A stretch of 64,000 bases of DNA from an uncultured bacterium (GCA_963798465.1 CAWCTC010000001.1:4315-68314); one strand, 5' to 3'. Shown: positions 1 to 10,273, counted from the first letter of the stretch. Notes: generated by a model not told the origin, from the sequence alone. Numbers and translations are program-made.

Positions 1-212
1 TCGCGGAGAGTATTCATCGAATCGGAGATTTCGCTTGCAGATGATGTTGAATTTGTCAGATCTGCTTTATAAACCAATTCTGTTCCACCGTTCAAATCAA
101 GGCCGAGCTTAAATTTAAATTGTGATGACGAGGTTTCGCTTGCATAAACAAAATATCCTATTAAACATGCAACAAGAATAAGTATTATTGCCCAAAATCT
201 TCTTTTAATCAT
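1..212 (-). CDS. secD: Protein translocase subunit SecD, N-terminal fragment (gene continues past window start)
   Basis: Minus-strand translation from ATG at 212-210 gives MIKRRFWAIILILVACLIGYFVYAS...FKLGLDLNGGTELVYKADL. This is an N-terminal TM helix followed by the LGLDL-GG motif typical of SecD. Truncated by the window edge. Confidence 0.55.
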   Translation of the reverse strand, partial: MIKRRFWAIILILVACLIGYFVYASETSSSQFKFKLGLDLNGGTELVYKADLTNSTSSASEISDSMNTLR

Positions 213-293
213 AATACAGGCTAGTATAGCTATTTTTATCAATTTTGCAATAAGGACAAAGTGTAAAAAATGTTATTAAATAGAAATGAAAAA

Positions 294-318
294 GGGCGGG
301 AAATTTCGTCGCCGCCCT
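294..318 (-). terminator. Rho-independent terminator hairpin
   Basis: GGGCGG...CCGCCC stem. On the minus strand it is followed by a T-run. Confidence 0.5.
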
Positions 319-339
319 TAAAATATTCTGCTTATTTAT

Positions 340-908
340 CAATTACAAAAACAAACTTAGCGTCCTCAACAAAAACCACTTCATTAATGGATCAATCCTA
401 TCCATACGCAGCCCAGTTACTCCGTCCATAAACTAAAAACATGGTAATCATCCGCGGGTGATCAAAACCATACATACCGATAGATCAATTTCGCCCGTTG
501 ATCCTTATATTGCAAACACAACCATGGACCAATGTCCGGAGGACATACGGGCAAACCGAGTTTCTCCGCCGACTCAAAAAGACTGTCCAAATAACGAATT
601 TATAACTCCAATATCTTTCAATGAAACTATTGCAAGATCAAGTGTTTTTATTTTGGATAGCTTAATCGGAATTCCTTAAGAATCGATTCCGCAGATTTAA
701 AATCAATTCTTCATTCATAAAGGGACTGAAATTTCTTGTATCATTTCAAGTTCCCGACAATTGTTTTCCAAACCGGCCAGATAGGTTTGCCATCTTTTGT
801 TCTGATGACAATTTCTCCTTTGAGAAATTGCTCAACTCCTTCAACTCCTCCAAGCTTGTTAACCACTGCTTCCGTCTTCACCAAACGAAATCCATACTTA
901 TACCTCAT
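340..908 (-). pseudogene. Decayed ORF of an uncharacterised conserved family
   Basis: Minus-strand pieces in three frames: MRYKYGFRLVKTEAVVNKLGGVEGVEQFLKGEIVIRTKDGKPIWPVWKTIVGNLK (741-908), then ...AEKLGLPVCPPDIGPWLCLQYKDQRAKL... with stops and frame changes. From memory, the LCP-x-GP-x-L-x-LQYKDQ block resembles a widespread hypothetical-protein family. The plus-strand track ORFs 458-679 and 736-930 look spurious. Confidence 0.35.
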
Positions 909-1007
909 AAAACACTTCCTTCTCAGCTAATAGCTGATTTTATTCTTATCCCTAATAGGAATAAGCGATTCAAACAACAAATCTAAATAGATACTATATT
1001 AAAAAAA

Positions 1008-3316
<2,309 letters not shown>

Positions 3317-3364
3317 TTAAGGCTTTTTTATATATAATATGTTCATGATTAATGTTGCGAAAAA

Positions 3365-3470
3365 CCCCGTAAAGAATTTTTTAAGAACAACCTATATTTT
3401 AAAAGTTACATATATTTAATAAATACCAACATTATGTTAAGTTCAAAACAAAGTGAAAATTCACACGGGG
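3365..3470 (+). promoter_or_regulatory. Start-codon cassette, copy 1 (box1 CCCCGTAAAGAATTTT ... ATG ... box2 GAAAATTCACACGGGG)
   Basis: One of three 104-106 nt elements bounded by imperfect inverted repeats that enclose the ATG at 3434. Upstream ORF 3339-3419 runs over box1. Confidence 0.6.
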
Positions 3471-4606
3471 CAAGAAAGCTTTTTATCTGTATCACAAAAT
3501 CAAATTGGGGTGGCGCTCAAAAATATGTTTTTGATATCGCAACAAGCACACCGAGAGATCAGTTCGACACAACGGTGCTTCTAGGCGGCAACGGCGACTT
3601 GAAGCGCAAACTTGATGAAGCCGGAGTCAAAACGATTCTCTTGGAAAATTCACAAAGAGATATAAACACAAAAAAAGAATTCGGACTGCTGTTCGAACTT
3701 ATAAAAATATTCAAAAAAGAAAAACCAGATATCATTCATTTGAACAGCTCGAAAATGGGCTTTACCGGAGCCATTGCGGGAAGAATTGCCGGAATCAAAA
3801 AAATTATTTTTACAGCTCACGGCTGGGCATTCAATGAAAACAGAAATTTCTTTTCAAAATGTTTTTTCAGAATTCTCCATAATCTGACGATAATGCTTTG
3901 CGACAATACTATTGCAGTATCGGAAATCACAAAAAATCAGATAGGAAAAATGTTCAGAAAAAAAATAGTTGTCATAAGAAACGGTTTGAGAGAAACTGAA
4001 TTGAAAGACAGAAATACGGCTCAGAAATTTCTTTCGGAAAAGATTTTGCAGCAAAATTATAAAGCCGGAAAAATTCTTGCTGAAAAACCGATTTGGATTG
4101 GCACTTTGTCCGAACTTCATACGACTAAAGGTTTGAATTATGCAATCGAAGCAATTTCAAAAATCCAGAGTAATGTAATTTTTGTTGTCATGGGCGAAGG
4201 AGAAAAAAGAAAAGAACTTGAAGAACAAGCTGTAAAACTCGGCGCTGGAAATAAAGTTTTTCTGATAGGCCATATTGATTGCGCTTCAACATATCTAAAA
4301 GCATTCGATATCATCACATTATCTTCAATCACAGAAGCACTTCCCTACATGCTGCTCGAAGCTGGCTATGCGTCTCTTCCGATTATCGCAAGCAACGTCG
4401 GCGGCATTCCGGAAATAATTGAAAATCAAAAAACAGGAATGCTTGTTTCTCCAAGAAATTCCGAAGAAATAAAATCTGCGATTGAATATTTGATAAAAAA
4501 CCCTGAAAAAGCAAGGTTTTTTGGGGATTCTTTAAAAGCAAAAATTTCCAAAGATTTTACCCAAAAAGCCATGGTAGAAAAAACTTTTGCTCTTTATAGG
4601 AAATGA
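3434..4606 (+). CDS. Glycosyltransferase family 4 (GT-B)
   Basis: 390 aa. Contains ...KSNWGGAQKYV... and the C-terminal EALPYMLLEAGYASLPIIASNVGGIPEII (E-x7-E region). The N-terminal 15 aa come from the repeat cassette. Confidence 0.85.
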   Translation: MLSSKQSENSHGARKLFICITKSNWGGAQKYVFDIATSTPRDQFDTTVLLGGNGDLKRKLDEAGVKTILLENSQRDINTKKEFGLLFELIKIFKKEKPDIIHLNSSKMGFTGAIAGRIAGIKKIIFTAHGWAFNENRNFFSKCFFRILHNLTIMLCDNTIAVSEITKNQIGKMFRKKIVVIRNGLRETELKDRNTAQKFLSEKILQQNYKAGKILAEKPIWIGTLSELHTTKGLNYAIEAISKIQSNVIFVVMGEGEKRKELEEQAVKLGAGNKVFLIGHIDCASTYLKAFDIITLSSITEALPYMLLEAGYASLPIIASNVGGIPEIIENQKTGMLVSPRNSEEIKSAIEYLIKNPEKARFFGDSLKAKISKDFTQKAMVEKTFALYRK

Positions 4607-4644
4607 TATAATGAACAAGTTATTAATTTAATTAATTTGAAATA

Positions 4645-4690
4645 GCATCGCGCTTAAAGGAGGACCGCGCGACGTAATTTCGCAAAATCA
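4645..4690 (+). promoter_or_regulatory. Two-hairpin leader motif, copy 1
   Basis: TCGCGC-TTAAAGGAGGACC-GCGCGA-CGTAATTTCGCAAAATCA immediately before the ATG at 4691. Confidence 0.6.
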
Positions 4691-4882
4691 ATGCCAGTAC
4701 AATTTGAAGAAGAACAGAATTTCAATGACAGCTATAATAAATCTATTTCAAAATCTAACTCGGGACTGACTGCGTGGATAATAAAAAAAGGCTGGGCAAA
4801 AGATGAGAAAGGCGCGAATTCCATGATGATTATCGTGACAATAATATGCTTTGCACTCGCGATATTCGTTTTCACCAGATAA
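4691..4882 (+). CDS. Small tail-anchored membrane protein, hypothetical
   Basis: 63 aa with a hydrophilic N-terminus and a C-terminal TM helix (MMIIVTIICFALAIFVFT). Preceded by the leader motif. Confidence 0.4.
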   Translation: MPVQFEEEQNFNDSYNKSISKSNSGLTAWIIKKGWAKDEKGANSMMIIVTIICFALAIFVFTR

Positions 4883-4892
4883 AATTCAACTA

Positions 4893-4935
4893 CATCGCGT
4901 CTAAATGACTTACGCGATGTGATTCCGCAGAATCA
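4893..4935 (+). promoter_or_regulatory. Two-hairpin leader motif, copy 2 (divergent, covarying)
   Basis: ATCGCGT-CTAAATGACTT-ACGCGAT-GTGATTCCGCAGAATCAA before the ATG at 4936, which opens an 18-codon GC-rich ORF (4936-4992). Confidence 0.45.
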
Positions 4936-5133
4936 AATGACCTCCTCCCCGGGCTCCGCTACGCTGCGCCCGGGGTTTCCTTTTAAAGCATGAGAATGCT
5001 ATTTAATTACTAATTCTCATGAATATATATAAATCACGTTTAGTGAACATGGTAGTACTTATCTAACCCCCGCCCTCCAAAGTTCTGAAAATGCCCTTAT
5101 CTAGGGGATGCTTCGGGCGGGGTTCTGGGAAAG

Positions 5134-5164
5134 AAAAGGGCGGCACCGAAGGTGCCGCCCTTTT
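5134..5164. terminator. Bidirectional Rho-independent terminator
   Basis: AAAAGGGCGGCACCGAAGGTGCCGCCCTTTT between convergent genes. Confidence 0.8.
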
Positions 5165-5202
5165 GTATTTGATTTTTTTATTGCGATTTTTTTTGATTTT
5201 TC

Positions 5203-6363
5203 TTACAATCCCAAAAATTCATTTTTAATAGTATCTTTGTGAGCATCTCTCCTGTATCTTCTCATACCCATGAGCATTCCGAGACCGGCGAAAGATGTCA
5301 GAAGATTTGTTCCTCCATAACTCATAAATGGAAAAGGAATTCCCGTGACAGGCATGAGACCTAGAGCCATTCCGACATTAACCAAAAAATGGCTCATAAA
5401 TAAAATTGCGAGGCCAAGCCCGAATAATATTTCAAAATTTGTCGCACCATAATATGCATTTGTGACAATTCTCCATATAAAAATTCCAAAAATAAAAAAT
5501 AATATTCCTACGCCAACAAGTCCCCATTCCTCGGCAAAAGCTGAAAAAATAAAATCTGACCTGTATTCAGGCAAAAATTTTAATTTTGATTGGGTTCCAT
5601 ATCCTATTCCCTTTCCCAAAAGTTCTCCAGAACCGATGGCTATTGCCGACTGATATGCGTTATATCCCGAACCCCTGACATCAGAAAGCGGATGCAAAAA
5701 ATTTATAACTCTCTGTTTTTGGTAATCTTTCAGTCCATAAACCCACAAAAGTGAAAAAACCGTAGCTCCAAAAATAAATACCATGAGAAGATGTTTTTTT
5801 GATATTCCGGAAACTAGGATCATGCCGAACCAAATAAGAAATATTACGAGAGCGGAACCAAAATCCGGCTGGAAAAAAACCAAAACAAAAAAACATAAAG
5901 TATAAAATCCTGAAACTAAAATGTGCCTTAAATCGGCGATTTCAACATGCCTTCTGGAAAAATATTTTGCTAGGAGAACAATCAAAACAAGTTTTACCGG
6001 ATCTGCCGGCTCAAAAGAAATTCCGCCGAAAGAAAACCAGCTTTCCGCACCTTTTGAAATGTGCCCTAAAACGAACAACGCTGACAAAAGTGCCAGAGAA
6101 ATCAGAAATATACTTACAACAACATTTGTTTTATTAAGAAATCTGTAATCTACAAAACTAAAAACAAAAAAAACTATTATGGAAACAACCAGCCATATCA
6201 GCTGTTTTTCCAAAAAAGTATCTCCGCTTTCAAATGATGACATCGTCAAAAGTCCAAGACAAGAAATAGCGATTGCAGAAAAAAACATCATCCAATCTAT
6301 CTTGAGATTGGAAAAAAAAGAAAATATGCCAGAATTGGTTTTGTGTTGTGACTCAATCAGCAT
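5203..6363 (-). CDS. SEDS family peptidoglycan glycosyltransferase (FtsW/RodA/SpoVE)
   Basis: 386 aa and polytopic. Contains ...QPDFGSALVIF..., ...GSGYNAYQSAIAIGSGELLGKGIGYGTQSKLKFLPEYRSDFIFSAFAEEWG..., ...PFPFMSYGGTNLL. Confidence 0.9.
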   Translation of the reverse strand: MLIESQHKTNSGIFSFFSNLKIDWMMFFSAIAISCLGLLTMSSFESGDTFLEKQLIWLVVSIIVFFVFSFVDYRFLNKTNVVVSIFLISLALLSALFVLGHISKGAESWFSFGGISFEPADPVKLVLIVLLAKYFSRRHVEIADLRHILVSGFYTLCFFVLVFFQPDFGSALVIFLIWFGMILVSGISKKHLLMVFIFGATVFSLLWVYGLKDYQKQRVINFLHPLSDVRGSGYNAYQSAIAIGSGELLGKGIGYGTQSKLKFLPEYRSDFIFSAFAEEWGLVGVGILFFIFGIFIWRIVTNAYYGATNFEILFGLGLAILFMSHFLVNVGMALGLMPVTGIPFPFMSYGGTNLLTSFAGLGMLMGMRRYRRDAHKDTIKNEFLGL

Positions 6364-6369
6364 AAATGT

Positions 6370-7136
6370 TTAATCAGGCAAAACAGTCGAAACAATATCT
6401 ATCCTTACTATCGGCTCTGCAAACGGTTCCGGCCAAGTGAATACTATATCCGACGTGCCTCCTCCTGCGATAGAATCAATTTTAGTTGTGGAAAAATCTA
6501 CTGCATTATTATTTGCAGTCATACAATATCGCAACTTCCTGAATATTTTGTATCGGATTAACACCCGAGTTCGACATTGTAACAAAAAGTTTAGGATTCG
6601 TATCTTCATCAGTTAGATTTTTTGAAAGCGGAGTAATCTGCAATTCTTGACTGGTCATTTTTTGCCACGAAGGACTTTGCGTAAACTCAAGCTCTGTTCT
6701 CATCCGGAATTTTATCCCCAAGATTTATATTGTCTTCAAAAATTACGAAATTATTATCTGGCGGAATATATGCTGTGTCATTTTTCTGATAAAGAAGAAT
6801 ATTGTCTTTATCATAAACTTTGAGCGTGTATGGAACATTGTAAGCGCCAGCGCCGATATTCGGATTTTGGACATAAGTCAAAAAACTATATGTGCCATTG
6901 CTGATAATTTTTTCCCATCTCGGTCCCCAGATGACCACGGGATCGCCATATTGCGCCCTGCATAAAATCTGGCATGGCCCTCCGCAATCTATTCCCTGCT
7001 CGCCCTCATTTTGTATTCCATCAAAGCAAGTCGGCACTTTTTTCAAAGCAAAAAACAAAACGACTGCAGCTATAATTGCAAAAACAAATAGGATTGAAAT
7101 TATATAAGTTGTTTTTCTTCTTTGTGCCCAAGACAT
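6370..7136 (-). CDS. Membrane-anchored hypothetical protein, split by two frame changes
   Basis: Track ORFs 6687-7136, 6509-6721 and 6370-6609 read as one ~255-aa protein. It has an N-terminal TM helix and a Cys-rich CFDGIQNEGEQGIDCGGPCQILC segment. Confidence 0.55.
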
Positions 7137-7171
7137 GGATATTATTAATTAATTTTAACTAGCTGATATTA

Positions 7172-7198
7172 TAACAAAAAACTGCCAGTTTTGGCAGT
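7172..7198 (-). terminator. Rho-independent terminator after the 5S-like RNA
   Basis: Minus strand: ACTGCCAAAACTGGCAGTTTTTTG. Confidence 0.6.
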
Positions 7199-7216
7199 AT
7201 TTGCAAATTAAAAACT

Positions 7217-7495
7217 TAGTTCCGGCAGACCAGCTACTCCACTCCGATGGAGTTGAAAAGCGAATACGTGGAGCTTTTCAAAAACGGAGCGCGGCGGCGC
7301 GAGTCGGGGTCGCGCAAATTTTCAGCAGAAAAATACTTGTGACCCGAAGTTTTAAGACCTTTGATAGTTTTTTGCGAGCTGCAGCGCGACATTATTTACT
7401 TATGAACGCAGTGAATTAGTAAATAAGAAGTACTCTTGTGGTGAAATAAAAAACAGAAAAGGTGTACAGCACCTGTAAGGCGGAACAATCCAGCG
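7217..7495 (-). ncRNA. Candidate ~280-nt RNA with 5S-like termini (5S-derived?)
   Basis: The minus-strand sequence starts TTTGTCGCTGG (as in helix II of the adjacent 5S) and ends CTCCATCGGAGTGGAGTAGCTGGTCTGCCGGAAC. Compare the 5S 3' end CTCTCTGAAGGGGAAAGTAGCTAGGTGCCGGAAC. The interior lacks the 5S loop C motif. It is bracketed by two terminators. Confidence 0.3.
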
Positions 7496-7496
7496 A

Positions 7497-7529
7497 CAAA
7501 AAAAAACCACACTTTCGTGTGGTTTTTCT
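7497..7529 (-). terminator. Rho-independent terminator or processing hairpin after 5S rRNA
   Basis: Minus strand: GAAAAACCACACGAAAGTGTGGTTTTTTTTT. Confidence 0.65.
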
Positions 7530-7542
7530 AGTTAAATTCTTT

Positions 7543-7655
7543 GTTCCGGCACCTAGCTACTTTCCCCTTCAGAGAGAGTATCATCGCCTCAACTGGGCTT
7601 AACTTCTGAGTTCGGAATGAGATCAGGTGTGACACCAGCGACAAAGCACCAGAAC
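7543..7655 (-). rRNA. rrf: 5S rRNA
   Basis: Minus strand: GTTCTGGTGCTTTGTCGCTGGTGTCACACCTGATCTCATTCCGAACTCAGAAGTTAAGCCCAGTTGAGGCGATGATACTCTC...GTAGCTAGGTGCCGGAAC. Contains the conserved CCGAACTCAGAAGTTAAGC core, and the two ends pair. Confidence 0.9.
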
Positions 7656-8048
7656 AAAAAATTCAACTATAAACTATCGTGAAAATACTCAAAATATTTT
7701 TTGAATTAATTCCACATAACAGGTTAAAACAAAATGATTTGTGTATTTTTAAATTTCCTAATAAGAATCGGAAATTAGTATTGCTCGCCTGAACGCATTA
7801 CTCCACTTACAGCTGCAACCTATCACCTGATCATCTCTCAGGGTCCTCAAACGAATTCTAATCTTGGGGACGGCTTCACTCTTAGATGCTTTCAGAGTTT
7901 ATCCGTTCCGAACATAGCTACTCTGCGTTGCCCTTGGCAGGAACAGCAGATAGACCAGAGGTCCGTTCAACTCGGTCCTCTCGTACTAAAGTCAAATCCC
8001 CTCAAAATTCTACGCCTGCAGTAGATAGGAGACCAACCTGTCTCACGC

Positions 8049-8543
8049 ATGTTATCACAAATTACTCTGTGCATTGGACTATAGCTTATCCGAAAATTAA
8101 ATTTCGAGACTGTTGGTGTTTAGTCTCTACGGGTATTTATGAATTTCGTTGAAGTGTCAATTTTATAAAAGAAATTAGCTGGTCGAGGGGACAGGATTTT
8201 CACCTGAATGTCTTTGCCTATTGTAACAGCAACGCTCTTCTGAGGCGTACTCCTCCGAACTTATATTTTCATTAATATATACTTCAACGAAATTCACAAA
8301 CTTCCCTCGGTATAATCCACTTTCATGGACTCCACCGATACTAATCAACTTGATCATAATATTTTTATAAATATCAGACCGCCGTGATTTGATTGTGTCT
8401 TCTCTATCTATTTATATTCAATAACAAAATTTCTCATCCTGTTATGAGTTTATAAACGAAAATTTTCTAGTTCTAATACATAACAATTCCTCGATGGGAT
8501 TCAAACTGTCCAGATAACAAATAATTACTTTGTCTTCTGAACG
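8049..8543 (-). other. Intervening sequence in 23S domain V (group I-like intron, no endonuclease ORF)
   Basis: It interrupts ...GCGAGCTGGGTTCAAACCGT | CGTGAGACAGGTTGG. This is the site homologous to E. coli ~2593, the I-CreI-type homing site. About 495 nt with long internal stems (for example 8141-8155 pairs with 8284-8298). The only ORF is 60 aa with no endonuclease motif. Confidence 0.55.
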
Positions 8544-9204
8544 GTTTGAACCCAGCTCGCGTATCTTTTTAAATGGCGAACAGCCATACCCTTGGGAGCT
8601 TCTCCACCCCCAGGATAAGATGAGCCGACATCGAGGTGCCGAACTCCGCCGTCGATATGAACTCTTAGGCGGAACTAGCCTGTTATCCCTAGAGTAGCTT
8701 TTGTCCGATAATCTTCGGCCGCGTCTAATGCGGACGGTCGGTTCACTTTGCTCTGCTTTCGCATCTGCTCGACAAGTACGTCTCGCAGTCAAGCCAGCTT
8801 TTGCCAATACACTATCGGCACGGTTTCCATTCGCGCCTAGCTGACCTTAATAGACTCCTCCGTTACTTTTTAGGAGGATAGCGCCCCACTAAAACTACCC
8901 ACCAGATACTGTTTCTATGCGTTTTTTCCGTCAAAGGTTAGAATATATATTCAAAAAGAATGGTATTTCACTGACGGATCCATCTTCCCCGAAAGAAAAA
9001 CTTCAAATCCTCCCATCTACGCTACGCATTCAAAACATATACTCAATATCAAGTTGCAGTAAAGCTTCTAGGGTCTTTTCGTCTAACTGCAGGTAACCGG
9101 CATCTTCACCGGTATTGTATTTTCACCGAGCTGATCTTCGAGACAGTTCCCCACTCATTACACTATTCAAGCGCGTCTGAACTTACCAGACAAGGAATTT
9201 CGCT

Positions 9205-9429
9205 CAACCATTCCTCAAACGTTGGACTCTATCTTAATCCTCTAATAAATTAATTAAAATTTTTTCGTAGGATCCATGACGTTGGTCTCTTGTTAACCAT
9301 GTTGCGGACTAAGTGCAAATTACTTTGCATTAGGTAGCTACTTATTTTGTGTAATGCTAATTCATTTATCAAGGCCATAAATTTGCAACAGTCCTAGTCC
9401 TTCTGAAACTTTCTTGCGAAAGTTCCAGA
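9205..9429 (-). other. Intervening sequence in 23S domain IV (small group I-like intron)
   Basis: It interrupts ...ACGGTCCTAAGGT | AGCGAAATTCCTTGTC just 3' of helix 69, about E. coli 1925-1931. Length 225 nt, no ORF. Confidence 0.55.
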
Positions 9430-9464
<35 letters not shown>

Positions 9465-10273
9465 CAGGGCTTACAACAATCACCATTACCCTTGCGGATA
9501 ACAACGTCGTTAGTTGACCTTCTGGCATTGGTCAAGTGTCACCCCCTATACATCCTCTTACGAGTTCGCAGGGAGCTGTGTTTTTGATAAACAGTTGGCA
9601 GGGATACTTTAGCTGCGGCCCAAATAAATTTGGGCAAGCCTTATCCCGAAGTTACGGCTGCTTTTTTGCCGAGTTCCTTGAAGATCTATCACTCGTTCAC
9701 CTTACTCTACTCGAGCTGACCACCTGTGTCGGTTTACGGTACGGTCTTTACATATTTAAGCTTAGAGACTTTTCTCGGAAGCTTGCTTTGATAAATCCAC
9801 CACGGCGAACCGTAATATTTTCGCTGCGCTTTCGCTTATCATTAAAGAAAGAATTCCGGATTTACCTGGAACTCGCAATTACGCCACGAACGCAAATCCA
9901 ATAATGCGCTTATCATACTAAGCTTCGTCCTCCCATCGCAATATATAAAAGTCATGGAATATTAACCATGTGTCCATCGGGTGCGGCTTTCGCCATCCCC
10001 TTAGGCCCGACTAACCCTTCGCTGATTGTCATCGCGAAGGAAACCTTGGTTTTTCGGCGTGCGGGGTTCTCACCCGCATTGTGGTTACTTGTGCCAACAT
10101 TCTTACTTCAACACGCTCCACCATGGGTCACCCCTTCGCCTTCATCGCAGAGTTGAATACTCTCCTACCAATATAAATGTCCGAAGACATTCATAGTCCT
10201 CAGTTTCGGTACCATGTTTAACCCCGATTATCTGCGGCGCAAAATCTCTTAGTGAGTGAGCTGTTACGCTATC

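Noticed and set aside
7201-7419. Plus-strand ORF 7201-7419 (72 aa) in the 5S-like unit
   Set aside because: It lies antisense to a terminator-bounded RNA-like unit, has Arg/Ala-rich composition from GC hairpins, and has no RBS or promoter.
8175-8357. 60-aa ORF in the domain V intervening sequence as a possible homing endonuclease
   Set aside because: It is too short and has no LAGLIDADG, GIY-YIG, HNH or His-Cys box motif. It overlaps the long intron hairpin.
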